DNA of 64,000 bases, from contig NC_043000.1 in the NCBI RefSeq assembly GCF_006345805.1, positions 4,650,001 through 4,714,000 on the forward strand. The letters run 5' to 3'. The notes below the pieces were generated by a model that ran no database searches, was not told where the DNA came from, and was given only the letters and a program-made list of their open reading frames with translations. This document shows, piece by piece, positions 12,929-23,836 of the stretch. The DNA comes from Octopus sinensis (Eukaryota). Made by a program: the position numbers and the translations under genes. Position 1 is the stretch's first letter. Every line of letters starts with the position of its first letter.

Positions 12929-13112
12929 ATATATATATACACAGTGTTCGAAAAGTCTCTCCCCAATGAATTTTATATATATACATACACACACAGTGTT
13001 CAAAAAGTCTCTTCACAGTGAATTTTATATATATATATTTATACATTTTTTTCTAGTTTCAGCTCAGAGCTGCAGCCATGCTGATGCACTGCCGTTTTGT
13101 GCTACACTGTTA

Positions 13113-16100
13113 TTACGACAAACCTCGTCTAATATGTGGCACTTGGTGAAGAATGGTGTTTGATACAGCTACTCTCATTTGCACCTCTTGCCGTGAGGTA
13201 GGTTCATCTGGGACTCTTGACAGGAAGATGTCCAGCTTTGATTTAAAAACCGCTACATCTTTGTGCAAGTTCCTCAGACTCTTTGGGAGAATATTAAAAA
13301 GCTGTGGGCCCTTGAAACCCAGGCTGTTGCAGAAGCTGGTCCTGAAGCGTGATGGCATTGCTGGGATCTTTGGCACTATGCAGTGTCGTCCCGTTCTAGC
13401 ATTGGTGTAGCTTACAATGCCAAAATTTGGCACAATTCCTTCCAGGATCTTCCAGACATATATTACTGCATACCTCTCCCGTCTTCTCTCCAGGGAGTAG
13501 AGTCTTAGCTGTTTCAACCTTTCCCAGTAGCTGAGCTGTTGCAAAGAGACGATCTTCTTTGTGAATCTTCTCTGGATTGCTTCAAGGTCCGCTGTTAATT
13601 TTACACTGGTGGGTGACCATAGCTGTGAGCAGTAATCCAGGCGGCTGAGGGCGAATGTCCGCCAGAGGACCATCATGGTTTCCTTATCTCTGGTTCTGAA
13701 TGTTCTTAGGATCCACCCAGCCAGTCGTCTGCACTTTGTTGCCATCCTGGTAATGTGCACTTGGAAAGAGGTATCATCACTCATGTCGATAGCCAGGCTC
13801 CTCACAGACTTAGTCTCTGGGATTGAAATTCCCTGTGGACCGGTGTATCCTGTAAGTTTAATATTCAGTTTTGGATGCTGGTAGCGCAGGGCCTGGAATT
13901 TTTCAGCATTAAACTGCATATTATTATCCTCAGCCCATCTGTAGATTGAGTCCAACTCTTGCTGCAGGTGTGCAACATCGCTGGGGTTCTGTATTTTCTG
14001 CGAGACTTTCGTATCGTCTGCATAGCTGGCCAGAGTGGCTATCCGGGCATTTGAGGGCATATCTGAGAGGGCCACTATAAAAAGCAATGGTCCCAAGACA
14101 GTGCCCTGTGGAACACCGCTCACTATTTGTGTGTTCATAGAGATGGCTCCATTAACCACTACTGCCTGACTCCTATCTTTCAGGAAGTCATGCAACCACA
14201 CTCCAAGTTTTCCAGCTATGCCGAGATCACGTAGTTTGTAGCATATCATACCATGATCCACCTTGTCAAAAGCTTTTGCAAAATCAAGGTAGATTACGTC
14301 CACATTTGATTTGTTGAGTAACTGCCTCAACACCCAGTCATAATGCTGTAAGAGCTGGGTCAGACAGCTCCTACCTGGTCGAAAACCATGCTGGGTATCA
14401 CTCAGCAAGTTATTTTCCCCAAGGAATGCGATTAGTTTCTTTCTGACTATCCGTTCCATGACTTTGCTGATGTGTGAAGTCAGAGAGATAGGCCTATAGT
14501 TTTTGGCATCTGCTCTACTTCCCCCTTTATGTATTGGGCATATTATTCCCTCTTTCAGCTTGCTTGGCAGTTTGCCATTCGCAAGAAAGCTTTGGAAGAG
14601 AATCTTGAGGGGTTTTGCCAGGGCATGCTTACACGCTTTGAGGAGGATGGCTGGGAAGCTATCTGGACCAGCAGCTGACTTTGTGTCCACTTCGTCTATG
14701 GCTAGTAGGACATCTTTTTCGCTAATGTCAATACATTCTATTGTAACCGCCTCGCTGGTTATAGGTGAGGCGGCAAAGAAGTCCACTGGTTCGTTCACTT
14801 GTCTGTGTTCCAACGGGGTGGTAAAGACACTCTTGAACTGGTCATTCAGCATTTCACTGATCATAGTTGAACTGTCTGTTAGGGAGCCATCCTTTTGGAG
14901 GAGGGATCCTATCTTGTAGTGCACTGCGACTGTTTCTTTCGCGTAATGAAAGAAGGCCTTTGGGTTTGATTTAATGTTTTTTATAACCCAGGCTTCTTTG
15001 TCTGCTTTCTCCTTCACATATGATTGTTGCAACCTTTTTCGATCTCCATCAGTGTTGTTTTTAGGCGGGACGTTTCGCTACTTTTGGGATGTTGGTTGAG
15101 ACGATTTGCAACCTTCGTCCGTCGTCTCATGAGGATCTTCCTGTCTCTTGGAATCTTGCTCCTATTTGTTTTGGCCTTGTGCTCTGGGACATATTTCTGG
15201 CATACGGCTTGCACAGAAGACATGAACCATTCTAGTTTCATGTCGATGTCTGGTGTGGAGAGACATTCCGGCCAGTCCTATCTGAGGATGTCTTTTTGGA
15301 TCGATTTCCAATCTGCTTTGTGGAAGTTCAGATTGGAGAGATTTCGGGTGCTTCCTTTAGGCTGTATGTCTCTGGTTACTTTCGGCCCAAACATAGACAG
15401 CTCTATTATGTTGTGATCCGAAACTGATGTCGGTGTCACTTTCACATCATGAATGATGTCCATATTGTTCGTGAAGCAGAGATCCAGAATGTTATTCGCC
15501 CTAGTTGGCTTGAGTACAACTTGCTCCATGAATAAGGCATTGGTGAGGTTGAGCAGGGACTCCACCTGTACTTGCTTGCAATGATTCATTCCTGAGAGTA
15601 TGTGACCTTCGGGCCATTTGACGTTGGGGAAGTTGAAATCACCCATAAGAAATATGGTCACGTGATGTTCCAGATTCATGAGGATTTCTTTAATTCTTGT
15701 GAGGCAATCTTCAAACTTGCCTATGTGATTTGGGGTATCCGGTGGGCAATATGTATTGCATATGACTATATTATGTTGTCTTATGTATACAATTAAGGTG
15801 TCACATACCGAATTTGAGTATGTCATCAAGACCTGGGGTGTGAGGTCATCTCGTATGTATACAGCAACTCCACCATGGCTCCTTTCCCTTCTGTCTGTTC
15901 GCAGTATGGCATAGTTTGATATGTGTACTTCTGCGTTCTCTATATCAAGGTTGAGGTGAGTTTCCACAAGTGCTATGCATAGGGCTTGATTGCATGCAGT
16001 AAGATCTCTCAGGAAAGAAATTTTGTTTCTATTTTGATGCAACGGGCCCCCAATATTTAGTAAAAGTATTGGGGTGACGGCTGTGCAGGCGTTAGGGAGG

Positions 16101-16135
16101 TCATCCCGCGTCTGTTGACTGTGGTGGTCTTGCAT
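13113..16135 (-). pseudogene. LINE ORF2 (APE endonuclease + reverse transcriptase) with one nonsense codon and one frameshift
   Basis: APE: LVETHL, GGVAVYI, GDFN, LDLCFTN, SDHN. RT: NYRPISLTS, QHGFRPGRSC, LDFAKAFDKVDH, GVPQGTVLGPLLF, YADD. TAG at 15278-15280 (frame continues to 15014); a 1-bp loss in an A-run near 15040 shifts into the 13113-15032 ORF. Confidence 0.95.
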
Positions 16136-16177
16136 AGTGGTGGGCAGGGTTCCTTCTCTGTGCTTGGTGTAGCCAAG

Positions 16178-16787
16178 TTAGCTGCCGGACAATTCTTTCG
16201 CCATGCATAAAAAAGACTCTTGCTCAGCTGCTGCGTTGCGCAGAACATCTGAGGAGCGCACTTCGTTTTTGAAAGTTTTCCTGGGAGACATTTCTTGTGT
16301 TCCCTCGGTAAAGTTATTCTCTTTGAAGTTCTGGCGAGGTGTCATGCCAACATTTGCCCCGCAGGTAGAATTTACAGGTTCTTCGGTGCCTTCCAGATTT
16401 CTTCTTTCCTGAAGTGTACTGGGGGGCATTGGATCCTCCGTGGGGTTCTCTGCTGTTTGTGTCGGGGGTCGGGGTTTCAGCTTTGGTTGTTTTCCCTTTT
16501 CCCTCCTTATTTTTGTTTTCGGTCTTTCCTTTTTTCTTCTGTTTTTCTAATTTTTCTAATTTTTCATTTCTTCGTAGGACCACTGGTACAGGGGGGCTTC
16601 CGGTTTCTGCTCCCTTGGCTCCCCTATCCTTCACTCCTTGGTCGTTCACCGGGGTAGGTGATCAATTTTCCTGAGGAACCCCTGGATCACAGAGACTTCC
16701 GGCTTCCTTCTCTTTTTTGTGCTCTTCATCCTCATCAGCTTTGCCACAATAATCTTCAATTATGTTGTCCAGTGTTTTGATGTGATT
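16178..16787 (-). pseudogene. LINE ORF1 remnant, Lys-rich, with a truncated Cys/His (CCCH-like) finger
   Basis: Frame reads NHIKTLDNIIEDY...QEN*SPTPVNDQG...CKFYLRGKCWH, with a stop at 16662-16664, then shifts frame to end ...FLCMAKELSGS* just before ORF2. Confidence 0.7.
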
Positions 16788-16827
16788 TATATATATACAC
16801 AGTGTTCAAAAAGTCTCTCCACAGTGA

Positions 16828-17205
16828 ATTTTTTGAAAATTTTCCCCCCAAAATTTTTGAAAAGTTTTTTGAATATTTCCTCCTAAAATTTTTGAAAAGT
16901 TTTTTGAATATTTCCTCCTAAAATTTTTGAAAAGTTTTTCGAAAATTTTCCCCAAAATTTTTTTTAAATTTTTGGAAAATTTCCCCCAAAAACTTTTTGA
17001 AAAATTTTTCGGAAATTTTCTCCAAAATTTTAGAAAAATTTTTTGAAAATTTTCCCCAAAAATTTTCGAAAAATTTTTCGAAAATTTTCCCCAAGAATTT
17101 TTGAAAAATTTTTTAAATATTTTCCCCGAAAATTTTTCAATAATTTCTTTTGCTCAAAGATTTAAAAAAAATTTTTTGAAAATTTTCCCCAAAGATTTTT
17201 GAAAA
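16828..17205. repeat. A-tract satellite, right arm (AAAATTTTCCCC units, C-run orientation), inverted relative to 11045-11860
   Basis: Reverse complement of ccccaaaaactttttgaaaaatttt resembles left-arm aaaattttcgaaaaagttttgggg. Confidence 0.88.
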
Positions 17206-17416
17206 AGTGAGAGAGGGAGAGAGAGAGTAAAATATAAAATGTAAAATGTTTTGTCTTTTCTTAAACACGAGATATAATGTTCAAATTTAGGATGTTTTTG
17301 AAAGACACTATATTTTATAATCATTTTCTCACACAACAATTACAATATATTTATTTTAAATCATTTATTTATTTTAAATTTTTCATCTTTCTCCCCCCTC
17401 TCTCTCACACACATTG

Positions 17417-18350
17417 GAATTCGTGGGCCAATTATTGATTCTGTATTAAAAATTCTCCTGTGGAGAATACAGATTAAGCCAAAACATCAGGTCAACAGCA
17501 GATCAAAGGGAATTTGCAGCATGGCTCTTGCATCTTGGCAATGGAACATATGCAACTCCACAAGATCCTAATCTTGCTATTGATAACATAGAAGTGCCTC
17601 AAAATTCATGCGTTGACGGCTCTCTAGTGGATGATATCTTCAACAATACATCTGAGGAAGAGAGAAGCAGAGAATTCAGACTACCTCCTGATCAATGAAG
17701 AAGTTTTGAGAGAACTCCCAGGTGATTGCCACACCTATTATAGTACAGATAAAGTTTTGGCAGATGAAACGGTTCTGAATTTGAATGGCTATCCAGAGTA
17801 CAGAAGACACAATACTGGAGTCACAGCTGAGGTTGGGCGATATCCACTTAAATTTCTAAACTCTTTGACACCACCAGAAATGCCTCCTTTTAAATTGAGT
17901 TTAAAACTCGGCTCAGTGGTAATGCTTCTTCGTAACATTTCTATCCAGAATGGACTCTGCAATGTTACAAGACTGGAAATGGTGACCATGTACCAACATT
18001 CAATCGAGGCTTCCTTGATTAGTGGCTCACTAATTGGCAGATGTGTTCTCATCCCCAGAATAAAGCTGGCTCCAAGTGACCCTAACTTGCCATTCACCTT
18101 GGAGAGAACCCAGTTTCCTGTCCGTCTGTCATATGTCATGGCTATTAACAAGTCACAGGGGTAGTCATTTGAGAAGGTGGGATTGTTCTTACCTCAGCCA
18201 GTGTTCAGTCACGGGCAGGTGTATGTGGCAGACTCTAGAGCTCGCAAACTCTCAGATGTAAGGATTAAGGTGATGGAGACAGGCAGACAAGGAAGGAAAA
18301 GAGGCCGAACTGTTATTAAGAACATTGTCTGCCAAGAAGTACTGACTTGA
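17417..18350 (+). pseudogene. Helitron RepHel C-terminal PIF1-family helicase remnant
   Basis: [106 protein letters not shown]; stop at 18162-18164 and frameshifts upstream. Confidence 0.92.
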
Positions 18351-18835
18351 AGGAGTGGAGTGTTTTCAGAAGTTCTGGAAACCCGTGATTGTATTAGGTG
18401 TGTGTTCTTGGTTTATATGCATTTATATGTGGCATGTATTATATAGTTTTGTACATGTATAGATCTATTGTTTTCTGTATTCATATTGGAGGGAACTGGT
18501 ATGGCTCTATGTTGGGATGAGGAGTACCACGGAGTGATTGGCATTGGCAATTTTTGCACACATGGTAGACACTCCCGAGTATCTCTATGTGTTCTTTATT
18601 TTTCCCAGCCTATGAGTATTGTATGTTAAAAAAAGGATAGAATTAATAGCTAAACTTTACGTATTTGTAAATAGAACTGTACAGATCTACGCAATTTTAG
18701 TATTTGCTGCCTTGGTATCTTATTCTATTATATATGTAGAGGCTTTAATTACTCCTTTCTTCAATGCGTTATTTTTATACTTACATATATGTAAAAAAAA
18801 AGTTTTTTATTTACTCAACATTCTATTAATCGGTT

Positions 18836-18861
18836 CATGGAAATTCCACGGGTCCCGCTAA
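18836..18861 (+). mobile_element. Probable Helitron 3' terminus (subterminal hairpin followed by CTRR)
   Basis: CATGGAA-A-TTCCACG imperfect palindrome, then GGTCCCG-CTAA, ~500 bp after the helicase stop. Confidence 0.6.
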
Positions 18862-18882
18862 CAACAACAACAACAACAACAA

Positions 18883-18943
<61 letters not shown>

Positions 18944-18946
18944 AGC

Positions 18947-19013
<67 letters not shown>

Positions 19014-19045
19014 CAACAACAACAACAACAACAACAACAATAATA
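18859..19045. repeat. (CAA)n/(CAG)n compound trinucleotide microsatellite
   Basis: Directly visible. Confidence 0.97.
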
Positions 19046-19062
19046 ATTTTAACAATAATAAT

Positions 19063-19950
19063 TTCTTTATTAGCCATAAGGACTCAAAGAAAACTCAAAA
19101 AAGGGCAAGATAATGAAGGGTTGTTACGTAAAATAATATGTATAAACAGAATAACAAAAACAAGTTACAACACAAAAAATTTCGACAAACAGCAAGTATT
19201 AATAAGGAAAACAGCTGCTTCGGACCAGTCAAGGAAATCCCAACTACTATAACCAGCAACGGTAATTGCTCTTTTTTTCATCTGTCTGTTCTCCGCCGAC
19301 AGGCGCTTGCGCAGACTAGGTCTGATTACGCGTACAATGTTCATCATTCTCACCCACCTTTCAACAAATTTACTGAAGGCAGCAACCCCCCTCTCTGCCC
19401 TCACTATCCTTGCTAAGTGAAACTTGGAAAAGCTGATGTGGGCCTGGCCAAAGAGGGAAAGTGTGTTTTCAATCCTTTCAGCCTGACCATCAAACTTTCT
19501 TTTATCATATCCACCAGACAAAGGAAAATCTGTTTGATTCCCAGTTTAAGGAAGGCGATGGGGTGACGTTCAAGATGGATTTGGCTGAAAGCTGTAGTCT
19601 TCCTATCTGCGGCAACAGCTTTTCAACAAAACTTCACAAATAGGCCATGCACAAGCACTAAATGAGTACCTGCAAACCGGTTTCGTTGCTCTGCATGAGA
19701 TGTGGATGAGCTCGGTTGACAGCACTTCCATACCGGTAGCGTTCGTCTAGAATCGGCAATGTCTTTCAGTAACACAACCAAGCCAAAGATTTCTGAAACT
19801 TATCCATAATACCAGTTGCAGGCGACATCTGCAAAGAGACTGGCGAATAAGTCTGTCATACATTTTCAGAGCTCATAGATCATCCAGATCATCCACAGCA
19901 GACTATTTGCGCCCTTATTATGCTCCTGCCTGGGAGCTACACAACAACAG
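19063..19950 (-). mobile_element. Degenerate Tx1/L1-clade LINE 3' fragment (zf-RVT-like C-terminus and 3' UTR with AATAAA)
   Basis: Manual minus-strand translation: MDKFQKSLAWLCY*KTLPILDERYRYGSAVNRAHPHLMQSNETGLQVLI*C...SFVEKLLPQIGRLQLSAKSIL, then FSKFHLARIVRAER...KFVERWV; ends GGCTAATAAAGAAA next to the microsatellite. Confidence 0.7.
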
Positions 19951-20313
19951 TACTTGTGCATAATTATTTATTATATGTTGCTCTACAGCTGCTGTGCTTC
20001 TTACTGCTGCTGTCTTCTTCTTCTTCTTCCAATCAGGGCTCACGCCATTAACCACAAAGAATAATCTCTAATTCGAACCTACTCTAAGCTACTAAGAATG
20101 CGTGTGGCAACTTGAAGATCCACCCACCACACGCGATAGACAGGCGGTTGTACGGGCGCAAAAGCTATGTTGTTATCCTCATTCCGTAAATGGTGGCTTT
20201 TAACGGGTGGAGAGCTGAACCATCCTGGGGTGCAGAGGATTCGCAATCTAGACTAGGGTCTGAAAGTTTACTTCACCATAGTGGGTTACACCATGGTTCC
20301 TATGCTTTGTGGC

Positions 20314-20500
20314 AGAAGTAGGAAGAGTGAGAGAAAGTTGTGGTGAAAGAGTACAGCGGGGTTCACCACCAGCCCCCCGCCCCATGGAGCTTAGGTGTTT
20401 TTGCTCAATAAACACTCACAATGCCCGGTCTGGGAATCAAAACCGCGTTCTTACGACCACGAGTCCGCTGCCCTAACCACTGGGCCATTGCACCTCCACA
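20314..20500 (-). mobile_element. tRNA-derived SINE family C, 5' half
   Basis: Reverse complement of the head of the 24948 copy. Confidence 0.88.
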
Positions 20501-20554
20501 CTGCTACTGTTATTCTTGTCGCTGGTCAATGACTACTGTTATTTTCCCGATGAT

Positions 20555-20750
20555 ATTCCTGTGCATCGTTTCTTTGTTGAGATTCCTGTTAATCGTAAGT
20601 CCTTTTATTCTAATAGCTTCTTTCCTCGAATTCCCTCTGAAACTCATTTTTATTGTCTTCTTTTCCTCTGGTCTATAACACTCAATCCTTTAAGCTTTCT
20701 GTCAATCAACATTTCTTTGAATTTGCAGGCTCCTTCTTTTCCTTTCTGCA
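20555..20750 (+). mobile_element. Degenerate L2/CR1-like LINE C-terminal fragment
   Basis: VEIPVNRKSFYSNSFFPR resembles the SFFPRT..LWN.LP end of L2/CR1-type ORF2. Confidence 0.4.
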
Positions 20751-20932
20751 GTCCCTTACGCAATAATCGTCTCAAACCTTGTTGGGAGACGATCATACAA
20801 AGAAAAATCATACTTCAATTCAACTTCTTTTACTGCTGTTGTTGCTGACATTATGAACGACCATAGCGTCTACCCTTTCTCTTATTGTTTTGCACTCCCG
20901 CCAAGTCAGTTCTGATAAAGTAGATTTATAAT

Positions 20933-21090
20933 AGGAGTGGCTGTGTGGTAAGTAGCTTGCTAACCAACCACATGGTTCCGGGTTCAGTCCCACTGCGTGA
21001 CACCTTGGGCAAGTGTCTTCTGCTATAGCCCCGGGCCGACCAATGCCTTGTGAGTGGATTTGGTAGACGGAAACTGAAAGAAGCCTGTCG

Positions 21091-21127
<37 letters not shown>

Positions 21128-21349
21128 GTGTGTTTGTGTGTCTGTGTTTGTCCCCCTAGCATTGCTTGACAACCGATGCTGGTGTGTTTACATCCCCGTC
21201 ACTTAGCAGTTCGGCAAAAGAGACTGATAGAATAAATACTAGGCTTACAAAGAATAAGTCCCGGGGTCGATTTTCTCGACTAAAGGCGGTGCTCCAGCAT
21301 GGCCGCAGTCAAATGACTGAAACAAGTAAAAGGGAGTAAAAGAGAGTAA
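20933..21349 (+). mobile_element. tRNA-derived SINE family A (CORE-like middle, internal TA/TG microsatellite, CR1-type tail), full length
   Basis: Box A-like GGCTGTGTGGTAAG, box B-like GGTTCAGTCCC, CACCTTGGGCAAGTG, tail GGCGGTGCTCCAGCATGGCCGCAGTCAAATGACTGAAAC; multiple copies in the window. Confidence 0.92.
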
Positions 21350-21539
21350 TCATTCAAATAGCTTAGTGATCAAGCGTTTCAAATGCACTATGTCTCCGCC
21401 TAGTTGGGGATTATTTTATGCAAAGATGCATTGCATAAAATTATTGTGTGCTAGTCTGTGCAGGCTGCTGTTTTTGTCTACCACCAAATCTACATTTCTG
21501 TAGATTTGGTGGTAGCTAACATAGAGTAGTAGTGTAATT

Positions 21540-21710
21540 GTGGACGTGGCTGATAGGAGTCGATGGAGGCCGACCACCCCGGGTGACACTTTTATGAGGG
21601 CGGCATTTTTTAGTCTACTCCAAAAGCCTGTGTAGGTTTGGAGTGGGGGCAAAGGAAGGTAACAAATGCAAGGGCTGCCTCAGGTGGCACATACCGTAGC
21701 TACGCCACTC
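21540..21710. mobile_element. Degenerate hAT-like MITE
   Basis: Right end GTAGCTACGCCACT resembles the end of the 58906-59047 element; left end decayed. Confidence 0.35.
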
Positions 21711-21871
21711 TTGTAGAGAAGGGTAAAATGTACTCTGTCGTAATGCAACAATCGCTATCCCATTATGCTACGTTTCCTCTAGGCACACGATGAAAGCCAT
21801 ATCAGTCGGGACCACCTATTTATATATTTAAACATAGTGTCCTTTTTTGTAGGGCGGTAACATACGAGTTT

Positions 21872-22420
21872 TGTGAAAGTACGTGACTTAGTGGATAGGC
21901 TGTTGGACTTACCATCATAAAGTCGTGGGTTCTATCCATAACCGGGCAATGCCTTGTGTCTTTGGATAAGGCATTTCTTTTCAAATTGCTCCAGTCAAGT
22001 CTACTCGCTTAGAAAATATTTACATCTGCTGCAGAGAAATACTTTACGGAATATTAACCCGGAGAATCTTGCATGCGCAAGAGATCACCTGTCCATGATG
22101 GTTATGATGGCTACAGCACACTGGATGTTCAACAAACGATTTGCGGGATATTTTGGCTGTGTGTTATGTTCTTGAGCAAGACACTTTATTTGACATTGCT
22201 CCAGTTCAGTCAACTGTAGAAATAACCTGCGACATCACTGGTGGCCAGCTGTATCAGCCTTTGCGTTTCTCTTGGATAACATCAGTGGAGGCTGGTATGT
22301 ATGGGCAACTGCTGGCCTTCCATAATCAACCTTGTCCGGACTTGTACCTCGGAGGGGAACTTTCTAGATGCAATCCCATTGTCATTCATGACCGAGGCAA
22401 TGGGGTGGGATCTTTACCCT
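21872..22420 (+). mobile_element. Two degenerate SINE family D-type copies (~21872-22015 and ~22155-22420)
   Basis: TCTTGAGCAAGACACTTTATTT...TTGCTCCAGT core shared with 37125-37430 and 49167. Confidence 0.65.
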
Positions 22421-23035
22421 GATCCCAGATAAAACGTGTTGTTTACTCCATGCCACTCCGAATCAAACAGTCACAGAGGAAATCATGCAGTCTGTCTTAT
22501 TTCCTCTAATAAAAATAATAATAATAATAATAATTGCAAAGAGGTGCCAAAGATAAAAGATTTTGTCCGAAATATTTTCAGCTCTTCGTAACTCCACGAA
22601 TAGCGGATTATCACTTCGATTTGTTGTATACGAAGGTAAATAACTCTTTTCAAATATTTTGAAGTCATATGATTTATTTCCCTTGAAAGTTTCTTTTCTA
22701 GCATATATATTTTTCTTATTTGTATCTACCTCTTTCACAAAGGTTTTTCCCTCTTTTTTTCCATTTACACAAACACACACACGTGTACATAAACACGCGC
22801 ATACACATAGCGCACATACATGGCAAGTCGAAAAAGCAAAAGAAAATAGCCTTCAGCACATTTAAAGTTGTATTTAATAACAGGTTGACTCATTTCCGCA
22901 TTATTCAAAGTTGCGCAGGCGCAAGTATAATTATATAACATTATTCAAACTTTGCTTGTCACGAATTAGACACCTAATAAAAGATATATTTTAATAACTG
23001 ATAACTTCTCGTCCCAAATCCTAGCTGCACCCATT

Positions 23036-23069
<34 letters not shown>

Positions 23070-23279
23070 GTATACATACAACGATGATGAATTTCACTTT
23101 CTTTCTTTCTTTCTTTCTGGATCAATAAAGCAAACATTAATCAAGTACTGGGTGCAGGTCAATACTAAATCCACCCTACCCTTAAAAATATAAAGGTTTG
23201 TGCCTGTTAGAAATCATATTTTTTTATAAGAGTATCGGACAAGAAGCTTAGCAGTATTTTTCTAGCTCTTTATAGCCTT

Positions 23280-23800
23280 CCTGCTGAGGTCAGCATTTCC
23301 TTTCAATCTTTCAAGGTCGATGTAATCAACTAGTCCCCTCCCACAAAATTTCAGGCCTTGCCTATAATAGAAAGGATCATCATCATCATTTATTATTAAA
23401 GCGGCGAGCTGGCAGAAACGTTAGCACACTGGGCGAAATGCTTATCGTATTTTATCCGTCTTTACGTTCTAAGTTCAAATTTCGCCGAGGTTGACTTTAC
23501 CTTTCATCCTTTCGAGGTCGATTAAATAAGTACCAGTTACGCACTGGGGTCGATATAATCGACTTAATCCGTTTGTCTGTCCTTGTTTGTCCTATCTGTG
23601 TTTAGCCCCTTGTGGATAGTAAAGAAACAGGTATTTTGCCCGTCTCTACGTTCTGAGTTTAAATTCCACCGAGGTTGATTTTGCCTTTCATCCTTTTGGG
23701 GACGATAAAATAAGTACCAGTTGTGTACAGGGGTCGATCTAATCGACTCATCCCCACCTCCCCCAAACTGCTCTTGTGGCAAAAATTTGAAATAATAATG

Positions 23801-23836
<36 letters not shown>

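Larger units (their letters stand above)
13045..16787 (-). mobile_element. Near-complete CR1-clade LINE (ORF1 remnant, ORF2, 3' UTR), 5'-truncated within ORF1
   Basis: APE endonuclease and RT motifs in order; 3' end CAGCTCTGAGCTGAAAC plus a short A tail; both junctions in TA tracts. Confidence 0.95.
11881..16830 (+). repeat. Interrupted tandem repeat: five copies of CACAGTGTTCAAAAAGTCTCTYCACAGTGAATTTT separated by (TA)n tracts
   Basis: Copies at 11881 (partial), 11933, 12940, 12992 and 16798; a solo LTR and a LINE sit in two of the TA tracts. Confidence 0.9.

Noticed and set aside
13153-16674. Plus-strand ORFs over the LINE (also 8665-9009, 29311-29619, 17789-18151, and 54260-56298 over CAX)
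   Set aside because: Antisense shadows of real coding sequence with no recognisable motifs
11933-16826. Canonical V(D)J recombination signal sequences
   Set aside because: No nonamer at 12 or 23 bp from any heptamer, no convergent pairs and no gene segments; kept only as an unexplained repeat
18835-19077. PolyQ/polyT/polyA/polyC/polyL ORFs (also polyN/polyI at 41622-41931)
   Set aside because: Trinucleotide arrays open in several frames with no non-repetitive coding context
20933-21010. tRNA genes
   Set aside because: The box A/B-containing heads belong to SINEs and continue into SINE bodies; no complete cloverleaf
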